Positions 12,176 through 20,665 of a DNA stretch of 64,000 nt are shown here, one piece after another. The notes under the pieces are model-generated. The model saw only the letters and a program-made list of their open reading frames with translations. It did no database searches and had not been told where the DNA came from. Position 1 is the stretch's first letter, and every line of letters begins with the position of its first letter. The stretch is from an uncultured delta proteobacterium (lineage in GTDB: Bacteria > Myxococcota_A > Polyangia > Fen-1088): NCBI GenBank assembly GCA_963767925.1, contig CAVYGB010000002.1, positions 1,984,001 to 2,048,000 of the forward strand. Direction: 5' to 3'. The translations under genes were made by a program, and so were the position numbers.

Positions 12176-12887
12176 CCGCCTCCATCGACACGCCGTTGCC
12201 TTCCGCCTCGACCATGAAGCGGCTGCCGACGATCACCCGCACCTCGCCGTGTTTGTTGCGGCTGTCCCACTTCTCGAGGGCCTTGTTGCCCGCCAGCGTG
12301 GTCGTGCGCTCGTAGCCATGATCGGTCTCCTTGTCGATGTCGACCGCGGCGAGCCCCATCCCGGCCAGGGCCAGGCTGCCGATCCCGGCCATGTCGATGA
12401 TCTTCAGCGTCAGGCGCGTGCCGCCTTCGCCCTCGTATTTGCCCTCCGCGTGGGAAGCGCCCATGCCGAGCGCGGCGTTCTTCTCGCCGGTGGCGCTGAC
12501 CCGCTTGAGCCCGCCGAGCGTCTCGGGCAACAGCGTCTTCAGCGCGCGGAAGTCGACGAGCGTCGTCTTGGCCGCGCCGGTCAGCCCGCTGATCGCCGCG
12601 GTGGCCGCCTGCATCCCGGCCGCCGCCGCCTGCATGCCCAGCGCCGCGCCTTGCGCCCCCAGCGCCGCACCCTGCGCCCCGAGCGCGCCGCCCTCCTTGC
12701 CCAGCCGGGCGGCGCTCTCCGCCATCTGCGCCTCGGCCTTGGCGAGCTGCGCCTGCGCGAGGTTCGCATGCTCCCTGGCCAGCTCGAGCTGCGCTTGCGC
12801 TGCCTCCGCCTGCTTGTCCACCTCCGACTTGCAGGCCGTGGCTCCTCCGACACAGAGCCCCAGCAACGCTGCGTAGATCCGTCTCAT
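12102..12887 (-). CDS. Lipoprotein: coiled coil plus a globular domain resembling the C-terminal domain of some bacterial Yip1-family proteins
   Basis: GGATAC lipobox; LKTLLPETLGGLKR...KETDHGYERT...RFMVEAEG. Confidence 0.7.
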   Translation of the reverse strand: MRRIYAALLGLCVGGATACKSEVDKQAEAAQAQLELAREHANLAQAQLAKAEAQMAESAARLGKEGGALGAQGAALGAQGAALGMQAAAAGMQAATAAISGLTGAAKTTLVDFRALKTLLPETLGGLKRVSATGEKNAALGMGASHAEGKYEGEGGTRLTLKIIDMAGIGSLALAGMGLAAVDIDKETDHGYERTTTLAGNKALEKWDSRNKHGEVRVIVGSRFMVEAEGNGVSMEAVKEAAGKVDLARLQNLGATATASK

Positions 12888-13076
12888 GTATGCACGCCTC
12901 CGCCTCCGATATTGTCCGACCGCCGCCTCAGGGCAAGCCGCGATGGTCACACCTCCGAGATCGTTGGCAGACTGGGCGCGCGCCGCGCAGGCCGAGGTGG
13001 CGCGCGGCAGGTGGCGCCCGCGCCATCACGGGGAGTCGGTAGGGTCGCGACGCGGAAAACCGCCGGCACAACCCGG

Positions 13077-13700
13077 TTGACGTCCGGTAGTGGGGCCCCT
13101 ATCGTCGCGAGGATTCGCAACCGACACCTCAAAGAGCTGGTGCGTACCGCTGCGGCGCTGCCCGGACCGAAACTGGACATCCCGCTGTGGGCCTCGCTTC
13201 GAGCCATCGATCTCGGGACCGCGCCTTCTCCCGTGACACCAGCGGGCGAATCGGGCGGAGCTTTGCCGCCCGTCCCGGCTGACGTCCTGAGGGAGATCGC
13301 CGCCTTGCGCGGGCTGGTCTCCCATTGCCTGCAGCGGCTGTCGGCCCGGATCGAGGACAAGCTCGGCGCCGCGCTGGCCGAGGCGCGCCGGGCCTGGGAC
13401 CAGGCCGACAGCGTCACCATCGTCGACGCCGACCTCGGTCGGACGCTCGGCGACGCGCGCCGCAAGCTGGGCGCCGCTGCCGCCGCCACCGGGCCGGAAC
13501 GGCGCGCGCTGGCCGCGGTCGGGCTCGAAGGGCTGCTGGCGCTCGAGGCAGCCTGTGGCCTCACCACTTTGGCCGAGCGGCGGCTCTCGTCGGTCATTCG
13601 CCTGCGCCTGCGCGCGCAGGACGAGGACCTCTTGCCCGGGGGACGCCCCTTTCTCGATCTGAGCGCAGCATTTGCGGAGGCGGCACGCGCATGGGGTTGA
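13077..13700 (+). CDS. Hypothetical helical protein, first gene of the MotA/MotB-like operon
   Basis: Protein-like 3' part of ORF 11607-13700; stop overlaps ATG 13691; TTG start inferred. Confidence 0.55.
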   Translation: MTSGSGAPIVARIRNRHLKELVRTAAALPGPKLDIPLWASLRAIDLGTAPSPVTPAGESGGALPPVPADVLREIAALRGLVSHCLQRLSARIEDKLGAALAEARRAWDQADSVTIVDADLGRTLGDARRKLGAAAAATGPERRALAAVGLEGLLALEAACGLTTLAERRLSSVIRLRLRAQDEDLLPGGRPFLDLSAAFAEAARAWG

Positions 13701-15847
13701 GCAGGATTCGCTGGATTCTCTCGGGCGCGATCGGCGTGCTGACGCTCGTCGCCACGGTGCAGGCCCTGCGCACCTACCTGGCACACGACCTCACGGTCGG
13801 TGTGCTGTCGGTGCTGGCGCTGGCCATCACCCTGCTGGTGGGGCTCGGCAGCCTGTTCTGGGCCCGCCGCCGCATCGAGCACGAGCTGGTCGCCCTCAAG
13901 CTGCCGCCGGCGAACACTCCATCGATCGCCGCCGCGTCCGATGCAGCGAGCGGCGACGCCCCCGCCGAGGCGGGCGGCGCGACCCCGACCGAGGCCAGCG
14001 TGGTGGTCAGCGGCGAGGTCGCAACCGAGGTCGCGGTGATGTCCAGCGGCGCCGCCCGAGAGACCGCCGTCGGGGCGCCCCCCCGCGAGGTGTCCCCGCC
14101 CATCGCCCCCCGTCCCGCCAGCGTCCTGCTGCGCGAGCGGCGCGAGCGCCTGCTGGCCATCCGGGCCTCCGGTGTGCGCCCCGATCGTCAGGTGCTGGCC
14201 GAGGCCACCGCCGCCGACGAGGCCGGGCGGGCTTATATCGGCCGCTACTTCGTCGCCACCACCGTCCTCATCGGGCTGGTCGGGACCTTCGCCGGCCTGA
14301 TGGCCACCCTCAGCAAGGTCGCCCCCCTCCTCCACGAGAAGGAAGCGGGCGGCCTGGCCCTGCTGGCCGCGCCGCTGGCCGGCCTGCACGTCACCTTCGG
14401 CGCCAGCCTGGTGGCCATCCTGGCCACCCTCGCGCTGGCTCTGGCCCAGGGCGATCTCGCCCTGCACGAGGAGCAGGCCCTGGCCGCCCTCGAGGACCGC
14501 ACCACCCACCACCTGATCCCCGAGCTTTGGCCGCCCAGCGAGGAGCCGGCCGAGCGAACCGTGCGGGCGATGGCCGACATGAAGACCTTGCTCGCCGAGG
14601 CGGTCGCCCAGTCGCTGGAGAAGAGCGCCGCCCGCATGGCCGAGACCGCCCGGGGTGAGTCAGAGCGCGCGGCCCAGGCCCTCGAGACGACCGCCCGCAC
14701 CGTCGAGCGGCAGATCAGCCAGCTCGGCGCCACCGTCGGCGGCGCCCTCGAGGCGACCGCGGCCAGCGTCGAGAAGCAGCTCACCAAGCTCGGGACCTCG
14801 GTGGGCGGCGTCCTGCAGACCAGCGCCGGCACGGTCGAGCACCAGATGACCCAGCTCTACGCCACCGTGCGCTCGGCCCTCGAGGCCAGCGCCAGCTCGG
14901 TGGAAAAGCAGATGACCCAGCTCAGCACCGCGATGGGCGGCACGCTCGAGGCCAGCGCCGGTTCGGTGGAAAAGCAGATGACCCAGCTCAGCTCCGCGGT
15001 GGGCGGCACGCTCGAGTCGAGCGCGAGCTCGGTGGAAAAGCAGATGGCCCAGCTCAGCGCCGCCGTGGCTGAGGCGCTCGAGGCCAGCGCCGGCTCGGTG
15101 GAGAAGCAGATGACCCAGCTCAGCGCCGCGGTGGGCGGGGCGCTCGAGGCGGCCACCACGCGGCACAACGCCGCCATGGCCGAGTCCGCCGCGGCCGCCG
15201 CCCGGCACGTGAGCGAGGCCGCCGAGGAGTCCGTGCGCCGCTCGACCGCCCTGGCCGAGGAGGCGGTGCGCACCACCACCACCGAGCTCGCCCGCACCTT
15301 GCAGCCGATGCTGGCCGCCGAGGCGCAGCGGCTGGAGGTGATCAAGGAGGCCTTCGGCCAGAGCGTGAGCGGCATCCAGCAGGCCACCGAGCGGCTCGCC
15401 GAGCTGCAGGGCGTGCTCGAGGGGACCGCCCGCGCCCAGGCCGCCGCCATCGAGAGCGCCGGGCAAGCGGTCATGGGCGCCTTCGACAAGACGGTGGTGG
15501 GGGCGGGCGCCTCTCTCGACGGCGCCGCCACCAAGCTGGCGGGCGCCGCCCAGCAGCTCAGCACCGGCTTCGAGACCTTCGGCCCCCGCATCGCCACTCT
15601 CTCCACCGAGCTGAGCGCCCTCGGGCGCGAGCTGGCTCTGCAGTCGGCCCGGGGTCCCGAGGGGGATCTCGGGGCGGTCGTGCTCGGCGAGCTCGAGCGG
15701 ATCGGCGCCGGGCTGGACCGTCTGGCCCAGCTGCAGCGGCTGGGCAGCGGCGCGGCCGGGGTGGGGGCCCCGCCGGCGGCCGAGCTGGGGGCGTCTCCGT
15801 CGGCCGAGTCCTTCGGGGCCGACGCGACGGAAGAGACGCATTCGTGA
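13691..15847 (+). CDS. MotA/TolQ/ExbB (ZorA-like) ion-channel subunit with a long repetitive helical tail
   Basis: Two N-terminal TMs; channel helices LIGLVGTFAGL and PLAGLHVTFGASL; about 430-aa C-terminal tail with 22-aa repeats. Confidence 0.85.
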   Translation: MGLSRIRWILSGAIGVLTLVATVQALRTYLAHDLTVGVLSVLALAITLLVGLGSLFWARRRIEHELVALKLPPANTPSIAAASDAASGDAPAEAGGATPTEASVVVSGEVATEVAVMSSGAARETAVGAPPREVSPPIAPRPASVLLRERRERLLAIRASGVRPDRQVLAEATAADEAGRAYIGRYFVATTVLIGLVGTFAGLMATLSKVAPLLHEKEAGGLALLAAPLAGLHVTFGASLVAILATLALALAQGDLALHEEQALAALEDRTTHHLIPELWPPSEEPAERTVRAMADMKTLLAEAVAQSLEKSAARMAETARGESERAAQALETTARTVERQISQLGATVGGALEATAASVEKQLTKLGTSVGGVLQTSAGTVEHQMTQLYATVRSALEASASSVEKQMTQLSTAMGGTLEASAGSVEKQMTQLSSAVGGTLESSASSVEKQMAQLSAAVAEALEASAGSVEKQMTQLSAAVGGALEAATTRHNAAMAESAAAAARHVSEAAEESVRRSTALAEEAVRTTTTELARTLQPMLAAEAQRLEVIKEAFGQSVSGIQQATERLAELQGVLEGTARAQAAAIESAGQAVMGAFDKTVVGAGASLDGAATKLAGAAQQLSTGFETFGPRIATLSTELSALGRELALQSARGPEGDLGAVVLGELERIGAGLDRLAQLQRLGSGAAGVGAPPAAELGASPSAESFGADATEETHS
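14678..15139 (+). repeat. Seven in-frame 66-bp (22-aa) tandem repeats
   Basis: Consensus ALEASAGSVEKQMTQLSAAVGG. Confidence 0.9.
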
Positions 15848-16476
15848 TCCGTCGGGTCCGCCGCAGCCCACTCTTCCCGGTCAACGTCTGGCCCCCGCTC
15901 GTCGACGCCCTCACCATGGTGCTGGCGGCCTTCGTGCTGCTGATCCTGGTGGCCCTGGTGGCCCAGCGTGGGCTGCTCGGGCGCCTGCGCGAGCGGGACC
16001 ATGAGCTGACCCAGCTCCGCGAGGAGAAGGCCCGCATCGAGCGGCGCCTGCGCGCGCTGGCCCCCCAGTCGGCCATCACGGTCGACGACGGCAAGGTCAT
16101 CTTGCAGGGTGAGGTGCTGTTCGCCACCGGCTCGGACGCCCTCACGCCCGAGGGCGACGCCCTGACGGCCGACATGGGCAGCAAGCTCGCCTCGCTGCTG
16201 GCGGCCGAGCCGGGCCAGATGGTCCTGGTGGGCGGTCACACCGACGACCGCCAGATCCACGGCGGCCGCTTCCGGTCGAACTGGGAGCTGTCGTCGGCCC
16301 GGGCCCTGGCCGTGGCCCACGTGTTGACCCGGGCGGGGGTGCCGCCCGATCGGGTCGTCGCCTCCGGCTTCGGCGAGCACCACCCGCGCGCCGACAACCT
16401 CGACGAGCCCGGCCGGGCCAAGAACCGCCGCATCGAGGTGCTGGTGGTCCCCATCCACGCGGTGTCGTCGCGATGA
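15844..16476 (+). CDS. MotB/ZorB-like OmpA-domain protein
   Basis: TM with Asp (VWPPLVDALT); GHTDD, NWELSSARA, GFGE, KNRRIE; GTGA overlap with the upstream gene. Confidence 0.9.
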   Translation: MIRRVRRSPLFPVNVWPPLVDALTMVLAAFVLLILVALVAQRGLLGRLRERDHELTQLREEKARIERRLRALAPQSAITVDDGKVILQGEVLFATGSDALTPEGDALTADMGSKLASLLAAEPGQMVLVGGHTDDRQIHGGRFRSNWELSSARALAVAHVLTRAGVPPDRVVASGFGEHHPRADNLDEPGRAKNRRIEVLVVPIHAVSSR

Positions 16477-17015
16477 CCGCCGCCGACGCCCCCGCAGCCG
16501 AGGTCCCCGCGCCCGACGCTCCCGCCGAGGTCGAGCTTCCGCCCGTCGCCGATCCGGCCGACGACCACGCCACGCTGGCCCGGGCCCTGTTCCGGCACGC
16601 GCTGGCGGCGTTCAAGGTGGTGCCCGAGGAGGCGCGCGGGCTGGCCCTGACCGCCCTCGATCGCTTCATCGCCAATCCGGGGCCGGCCGCCTTCGTGGCC
16701 GCGGTGCGCGAGCTGCGCGATACCCGGCGCCGCGTGCTCATCGCCCAGTTCGGCGGGGGCACCTTGCGCCGCGCCCTCAGCGGCGGCATCGCGGCCCTGC
16801 GCCGGGTGCCAGGGCTTCCGTCCGCGGTGGCCGATCGCCTGGCCGCCGACCTGCCCCTCGACGCCCTCACCGGGCAGCGGCTGTTCGCCCTCGTCGCGCT
16901 CTCGCGCACCTACGAGGCGCTGGCCGGCCGGGTGGCCGCCGACACCGAGGACATGCGCCGCCGCTACCAGGCCGCCCCGCCCCGCAAGCGCCGCCCCCCG
17001 CGCGACCGCTTCTGA
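16473..17015 (+). CDS. Hypothetical helical protein, last gene of the operon
   Basis: ATGA overlap with the OmpA gene; host-like codon usage. Confidence 0.7.
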   Translation: MTAADAPAAEVPAPDAPAEVELPPVADPADDHATLARALFRHALAAFKVVPEEARGLALTALDRFIANPGPAAFVAAVRELRDTRRRVLIAQFGGGTLRRALSGGIAALRRVPGLPSAVADRLAADLPLDALTGQRLFALVALSRTYEALAGRVAADTEDMRRRYQAAPPRKRRPPRDRF

Positions 17016-17063
17016 CGGCGCGAACGAGATGGGGCGAGGACGGACGCGGCCTCGGTCCCGCGC

Positions 17064-17972
17064 TCAGCGGCAGGGCGGGAGGTAGTTGTCGAAGCGGAGG
17101 CTGTAGACCACGACCTGGTTGGCGGTGTTGCCGACGAAGTCGAAGATCGTCGCGCCCCGCACGACGTCAGCCAGGGTGACCCGCGGCCGCCCCAGGCCCG
17201 GCACGAAGGTCCAGTCCTCGGGCTGGAAGCGGGCGGAGAGCGTCTTCGTCTCGCCCCCGGTCGCCGGCAGCTTCACCACGTGCTGATCGCCGCCGTGGGG
17301 CTGGATCCCGCCGCGCATCTGCACGTGCAGGTCGGCGGTGGCGCTGTAGCGGATGGTGAAGCCCTTCGACATCGTGAGGTTCGCGGTCATCGCCTCGTTG
17401 TTGGCGATGGGGACCACCACCTCGCTCCAGGGCCCGCCGGGAAAGCGAACCTTGGCGACGTATTGATCGCCCTCCCGGACCAGCAAGCTGCCGGTGGCGG
17501 GCACCGTGTTGGCGTGGGCCTGCCACTGCTGCAAGCGGCCGATCGAGGGGGTGGGGCACTCGGTGAGCGGCCCGCCGCCAAAGCCGTCGGAGGGAACCGC
17601 CGCCGACACGTCGCTGGCGCCCGCGTCGGCCGTCCGGGCTCGATCCGCGCCAGAGGCGGCGTCCCGGGGACGCCCGTCGGGCGTCCGGCCATCGGCTCGC
17701 CCCGCGTCGGCCCGGGCGCTGCCACCCGAGCCACCCGACGGCGCGCTGCCGCCGCTGCCGGAAGATCCACCGCTGCCACCGCCGCCGCCGCTGCCCGCCA
17801 CCGGGCTGCCGCCCGAGCCGCTCTGTCCACCGGACCCCGCCGGCGCGCCGGCCTGTCCGCCGGTGCCAGCCGTGTTGCCACCGGTGGGCGGGTTGCCCGA
17901 CGAGCCGGGCGCCTCCGCGGTGCAGGCGACGGCGAGCGAAAGCAGGAGACTCAAGGGCAAGACGCGCTTCAT
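17064..17972 (-). CDS. Lipoprotein with a Gly/Ser linker and a beta-rich C-terminal domain
   Basis: LSLAVAC lipobox, GGAGG RBS, GSGG repeats. Confidence 0.75.
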   Translation of the reverse strand: MKRVLPLSLLLSLAVACTAEAPGSSGNPPTGGNTAGTGGQAGAPAGSGGQSGSGGSPVAGSGGGGGSGGSSGSGGSAPSGGSGGSARADAGRADGRTPDGRPRDAASGADRARTADAGASDVSAAVPSDGFGGGPLTECPTPSIGRLQQWQAHANTVPATGSLLVREGDQYVAKVRFPGGPWSEVVVPIANNEAMTANLTMSKGFTIRYSATADLHVQMRGGIQPHGGDQHVVKLPATGGETKTLSARFQPEDWTFVPGLGRPRVTLADVVRGATIFDFVGNTANQVVVYSLRFDNYLPPCR

Positions 17973-19421
17973 TTCAGACAGACCTCCGATAGGGGGAAAC
18001 CCGAGCCCCGGATACTATCGCGCCCCCACCGCCGCGCCCCTCCTGACCGCCGATGATGCACGGATCGAGCATTTTCGACGCCTCCCCGCACAAAACGCAC
18101 CCCGTCGCCCCGCCGCCGTCGCTCCGCGTTCACGCCACCTGCCCCCAGCGCCCGGGCGTGCCACTCCGGCGCATCTCTCCGGCCCGTCCAGGTGAGGGGC
18201 GCTTGCCACGCCGCAGGCCTCACCCTCCGCGGGGGAGGGTGATGGTCCGTCGCGCCCAGCGGGGGAATTGATAATGAGAGTCGCAATCCGATTGTCCGAT
18301 TTATCCAAACGGCGCGCATACGTGACCGCGTGGACGTGAGGCGACCTGCCCGCCCGCCGCACGTGCGGATCCGGCAGAGTCGGCGCGAATCACGCCCGTG
18401 ATCATCGCCGGCAACATGCCCATGGCCGCCAGGCCGAAAGGGTCACGCACCTGCGTCGGCTCGAAGAAACTTTGGTGAATCTTCCTTGCCGGCGGTGACA
18501 AACGTCGGGGTGGGGAAGCGATCTTCAGCGACAACGGCACCTCTCCGACTCCCCGGCGACCGCGACGCGATCGCTGCCGGATCATCGCCTCTGCCAGATC
18601 CGTTCCCCGAGTTTGCGCAACTGGCGCGCGAAAATGGCTCAGGGTTCGTTCGGTAATTCCCGCCCCCCCACGTACGCCGTCGAGACCCATTCAACACAGC
18701 GCGGGCTGGTCTGCTCGCGGAGCCGCTGCCTCCCCTTCGTGTTCGCGCGCACCGGCCAGGCCTGCTGACGATGGCCGTTCCGGGGGGCGGTCAGCCGGTC
18801 GTCCCGCCCCATCAGGTCGTCCCCCCGTCCCACCTGATAGTCGGAGGGGTGGTGCGCCCGCGCCCCGGGCGGCCCCGGCGCGAGCGGCGCTGGTGGACCT
18901 CCTGAAAGGCGCGAGCGAGACCTACTGCGGCACCTCGCTGCCGCCGACGTCCGCGAGCACCTCGACACCCTCTCGGTCGTCCATTCGAGTCCGCCCTCCG
19001 CCTCGACACCCAGGCTCCGCACCCGCTCCCGCGGGCCTGAGCGCGAAGCCGCCCTGTCGGGTCGACGCCGGTTCGTGGGGCGCGCGGGCCGTGTGAACGG
19101 GCGCACGCCCGCCTCCACGCGCGCCGCCTGTTACCTGCTGCTTGCAACCGCGGCACCTGCGCGATACCAGACGACGGCCGTGCAAAACCTGGCTCGCGCG
19201 CTGGCACTTTCTCCGCGACCGACGAAATCGTCCGGCGCTTCCGCGGGTTCCATGCGGCGGCTATTCCCGTCGCTGACGACCCGATTTGGACGCGAAAACC
19301 GACTGGTGCAAAGGTTCGACCTGCCGCAATCTGCGCCCGTCTCGACGCCCTAGACGTTTAAGCGTCGAGTGGTTTGGCAACTAACAGACAACTAGCAGGA
19401 CAGACAAGGAGGGATCGACCG

Positions 19422-19658
19422 ATGCGGAGGATGGTGGGGCCGACTGGGTTGTTGGACGGATACGAGATCAGGCGGGCGTTGGATGCGATGGAGGGGCCGG
19501 GTGATACGAATCGTTCGAACGCGCTCTTCGAGCAGGTCATGGTGAAGCTCGTTGCGCGGGAACGGCGGTATCGTCGCCTGCGCCAGCTCGTCCAGGTCGC
19601 ACGGGCAGCCGTGGCGGCCGTGATGGGCGCCGGAGCACTCCGGCTGCTCACGCACTGA
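19422..19658 (+). CDS. Small hypothetical protein
   Basis: AGGAGG RBS; C-terminal hydrophobic helix. Confidence 0.5.
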   Translation: MRRMVGPTGLLDGYEIRRALDAMEGPGDTNRSNALFEQVMVKLVARERRYRRLRQLVQVARAAVAAVMGAGALRLLTH

Positions 19659-19752
19659 ATGAGCGGAGAGAAGTAGCTCCGGCGCGGCGGCCGGGTGGTG
19701 TGAAGCCGGTGACACTGGCTTCCGCAGGCTGGGTCAGGCAAGCTGGCCAGTC

Positions 19753-20076
19753 ATGAACCGCCCGCCGCCCGCGCCGCCCGAGCACGCTCAGACGCCGCGC
19801 TCGCGCATCGCCTCGGTGCTGCGAGAGGAGCTGGTAACGGCCCGCGAGCTGTCGCAGCGGGTGGGAGTACCGGAGAAGGACGTGACGGTCCACCTCGAGC
19901 ACCTCGCCCGGTCGGCGCGTCGAGAGGGCGAGCGCATGGTCGTCGCCCCCGCCGGGTGCATAAGCTGCGGGTTCGCCTTCGCCGACCGGGAGCGGTTCTC
20001 CAAGCCCGGCCGGTGCCCCCGCTGCCGGGGCACCCAAATCTCGCCGCCCCGCTTCGCGCTCGACGCCTCGGCCTGA
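19753..20076 (+). CDS. HTH + zinc-ribbon transcriptional regulator (COG3357-like)
   Basis: TARELSQ...HLEHLARS, CISCGF, CPRC, ISPPRF. Confidence 0.85.
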   Translation: MNRPPPAPPEHAQTPRSRIASVLREELVTARELSQRVGVPEKDVTVHLEHLARSARREGERMVVAPAGCISCGFAFADRERFSKPGRCPRCRGTQISPPRFALDASA

Positions 20077-20190
20077 CGCCCCCAGCGGTCAGAGGGCGGG
20101 GCGCGGCCGAACAATCAGACAGGTGCCCCGGGCATCCTCCGAGCGGGCGCTCCTGCCGGATTCGCCAGCGATTTGTGCTCCCCCCGGACC

Positions 20191-20238
20191 GTTCGCCCTC
20201 GCCCCGCGGCAGCGGGGAGAGGGTGGGGTGAGGGGTCT
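20191..20238 (+). repeat. Dispersed REP-like palindrome, copy 1
   Basis: GTTCGCCCTCGCCCCGC-GGCA-GCGGGGAGAGGG-TGGGGTGAGGGG; related copies at 29888, 36153, 60920, 61045. Confidence 0.8.
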
Positions 20239-20665
20239 CCGGTCAACCGTTGGCGCGCCAGGGCCGAGGGGACCGAAGGGGGGGCTGATGGCAAAATTCG
20301 CCGCTGGCCAGCGGGATACCTCTCCCGCCCGGCGGGATGTACGCCCACGACGGTTCTTCTCCCACTCCGCGAACCGGTCGTGTTATGGTCCGGTTTCTCA
20401 AGTACCGGCTCCGGCCGCCGATTGTCCTGATGTTTCTGGGGCGCGTGGTGCTGGCGGGCATTGCCCGGCGGCACTTCCCGCGGGGGGTGAAGGGACCCTT
20501 CGAGGGTCCGTTGCCAGTTGGTTCGCGGGGGCGTCGGGTGAGGCTCGCCGGTCCCGGTCCGAGACGCCATGTCAGCCGCCTGCCTCGCAGCGCCCGCGAC
20601 CCCCGTTCGCAGGCGCGTCGACCAGCGCCCCCCGGGTAGGGGGACGTGAGGGTGCCGTGAGCCGC

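Noticed and set aside
13691..16476. Flagellar motAB or tolQR
   Set aside because: No flagellar or tol/pal context, the MotA-like protein has a long repeat tail, and the partner has an OmpA domain unlike TolR/ExbD. Canonical Zorya was not called either because ZorC/D/E are absent.
19202..19217. Sigma54 promoter TGGCAC-N7-GC
   Set aside because: Spacing is right but the -12 element is poor (CCGC) and it lies about 200 bp from the next start.
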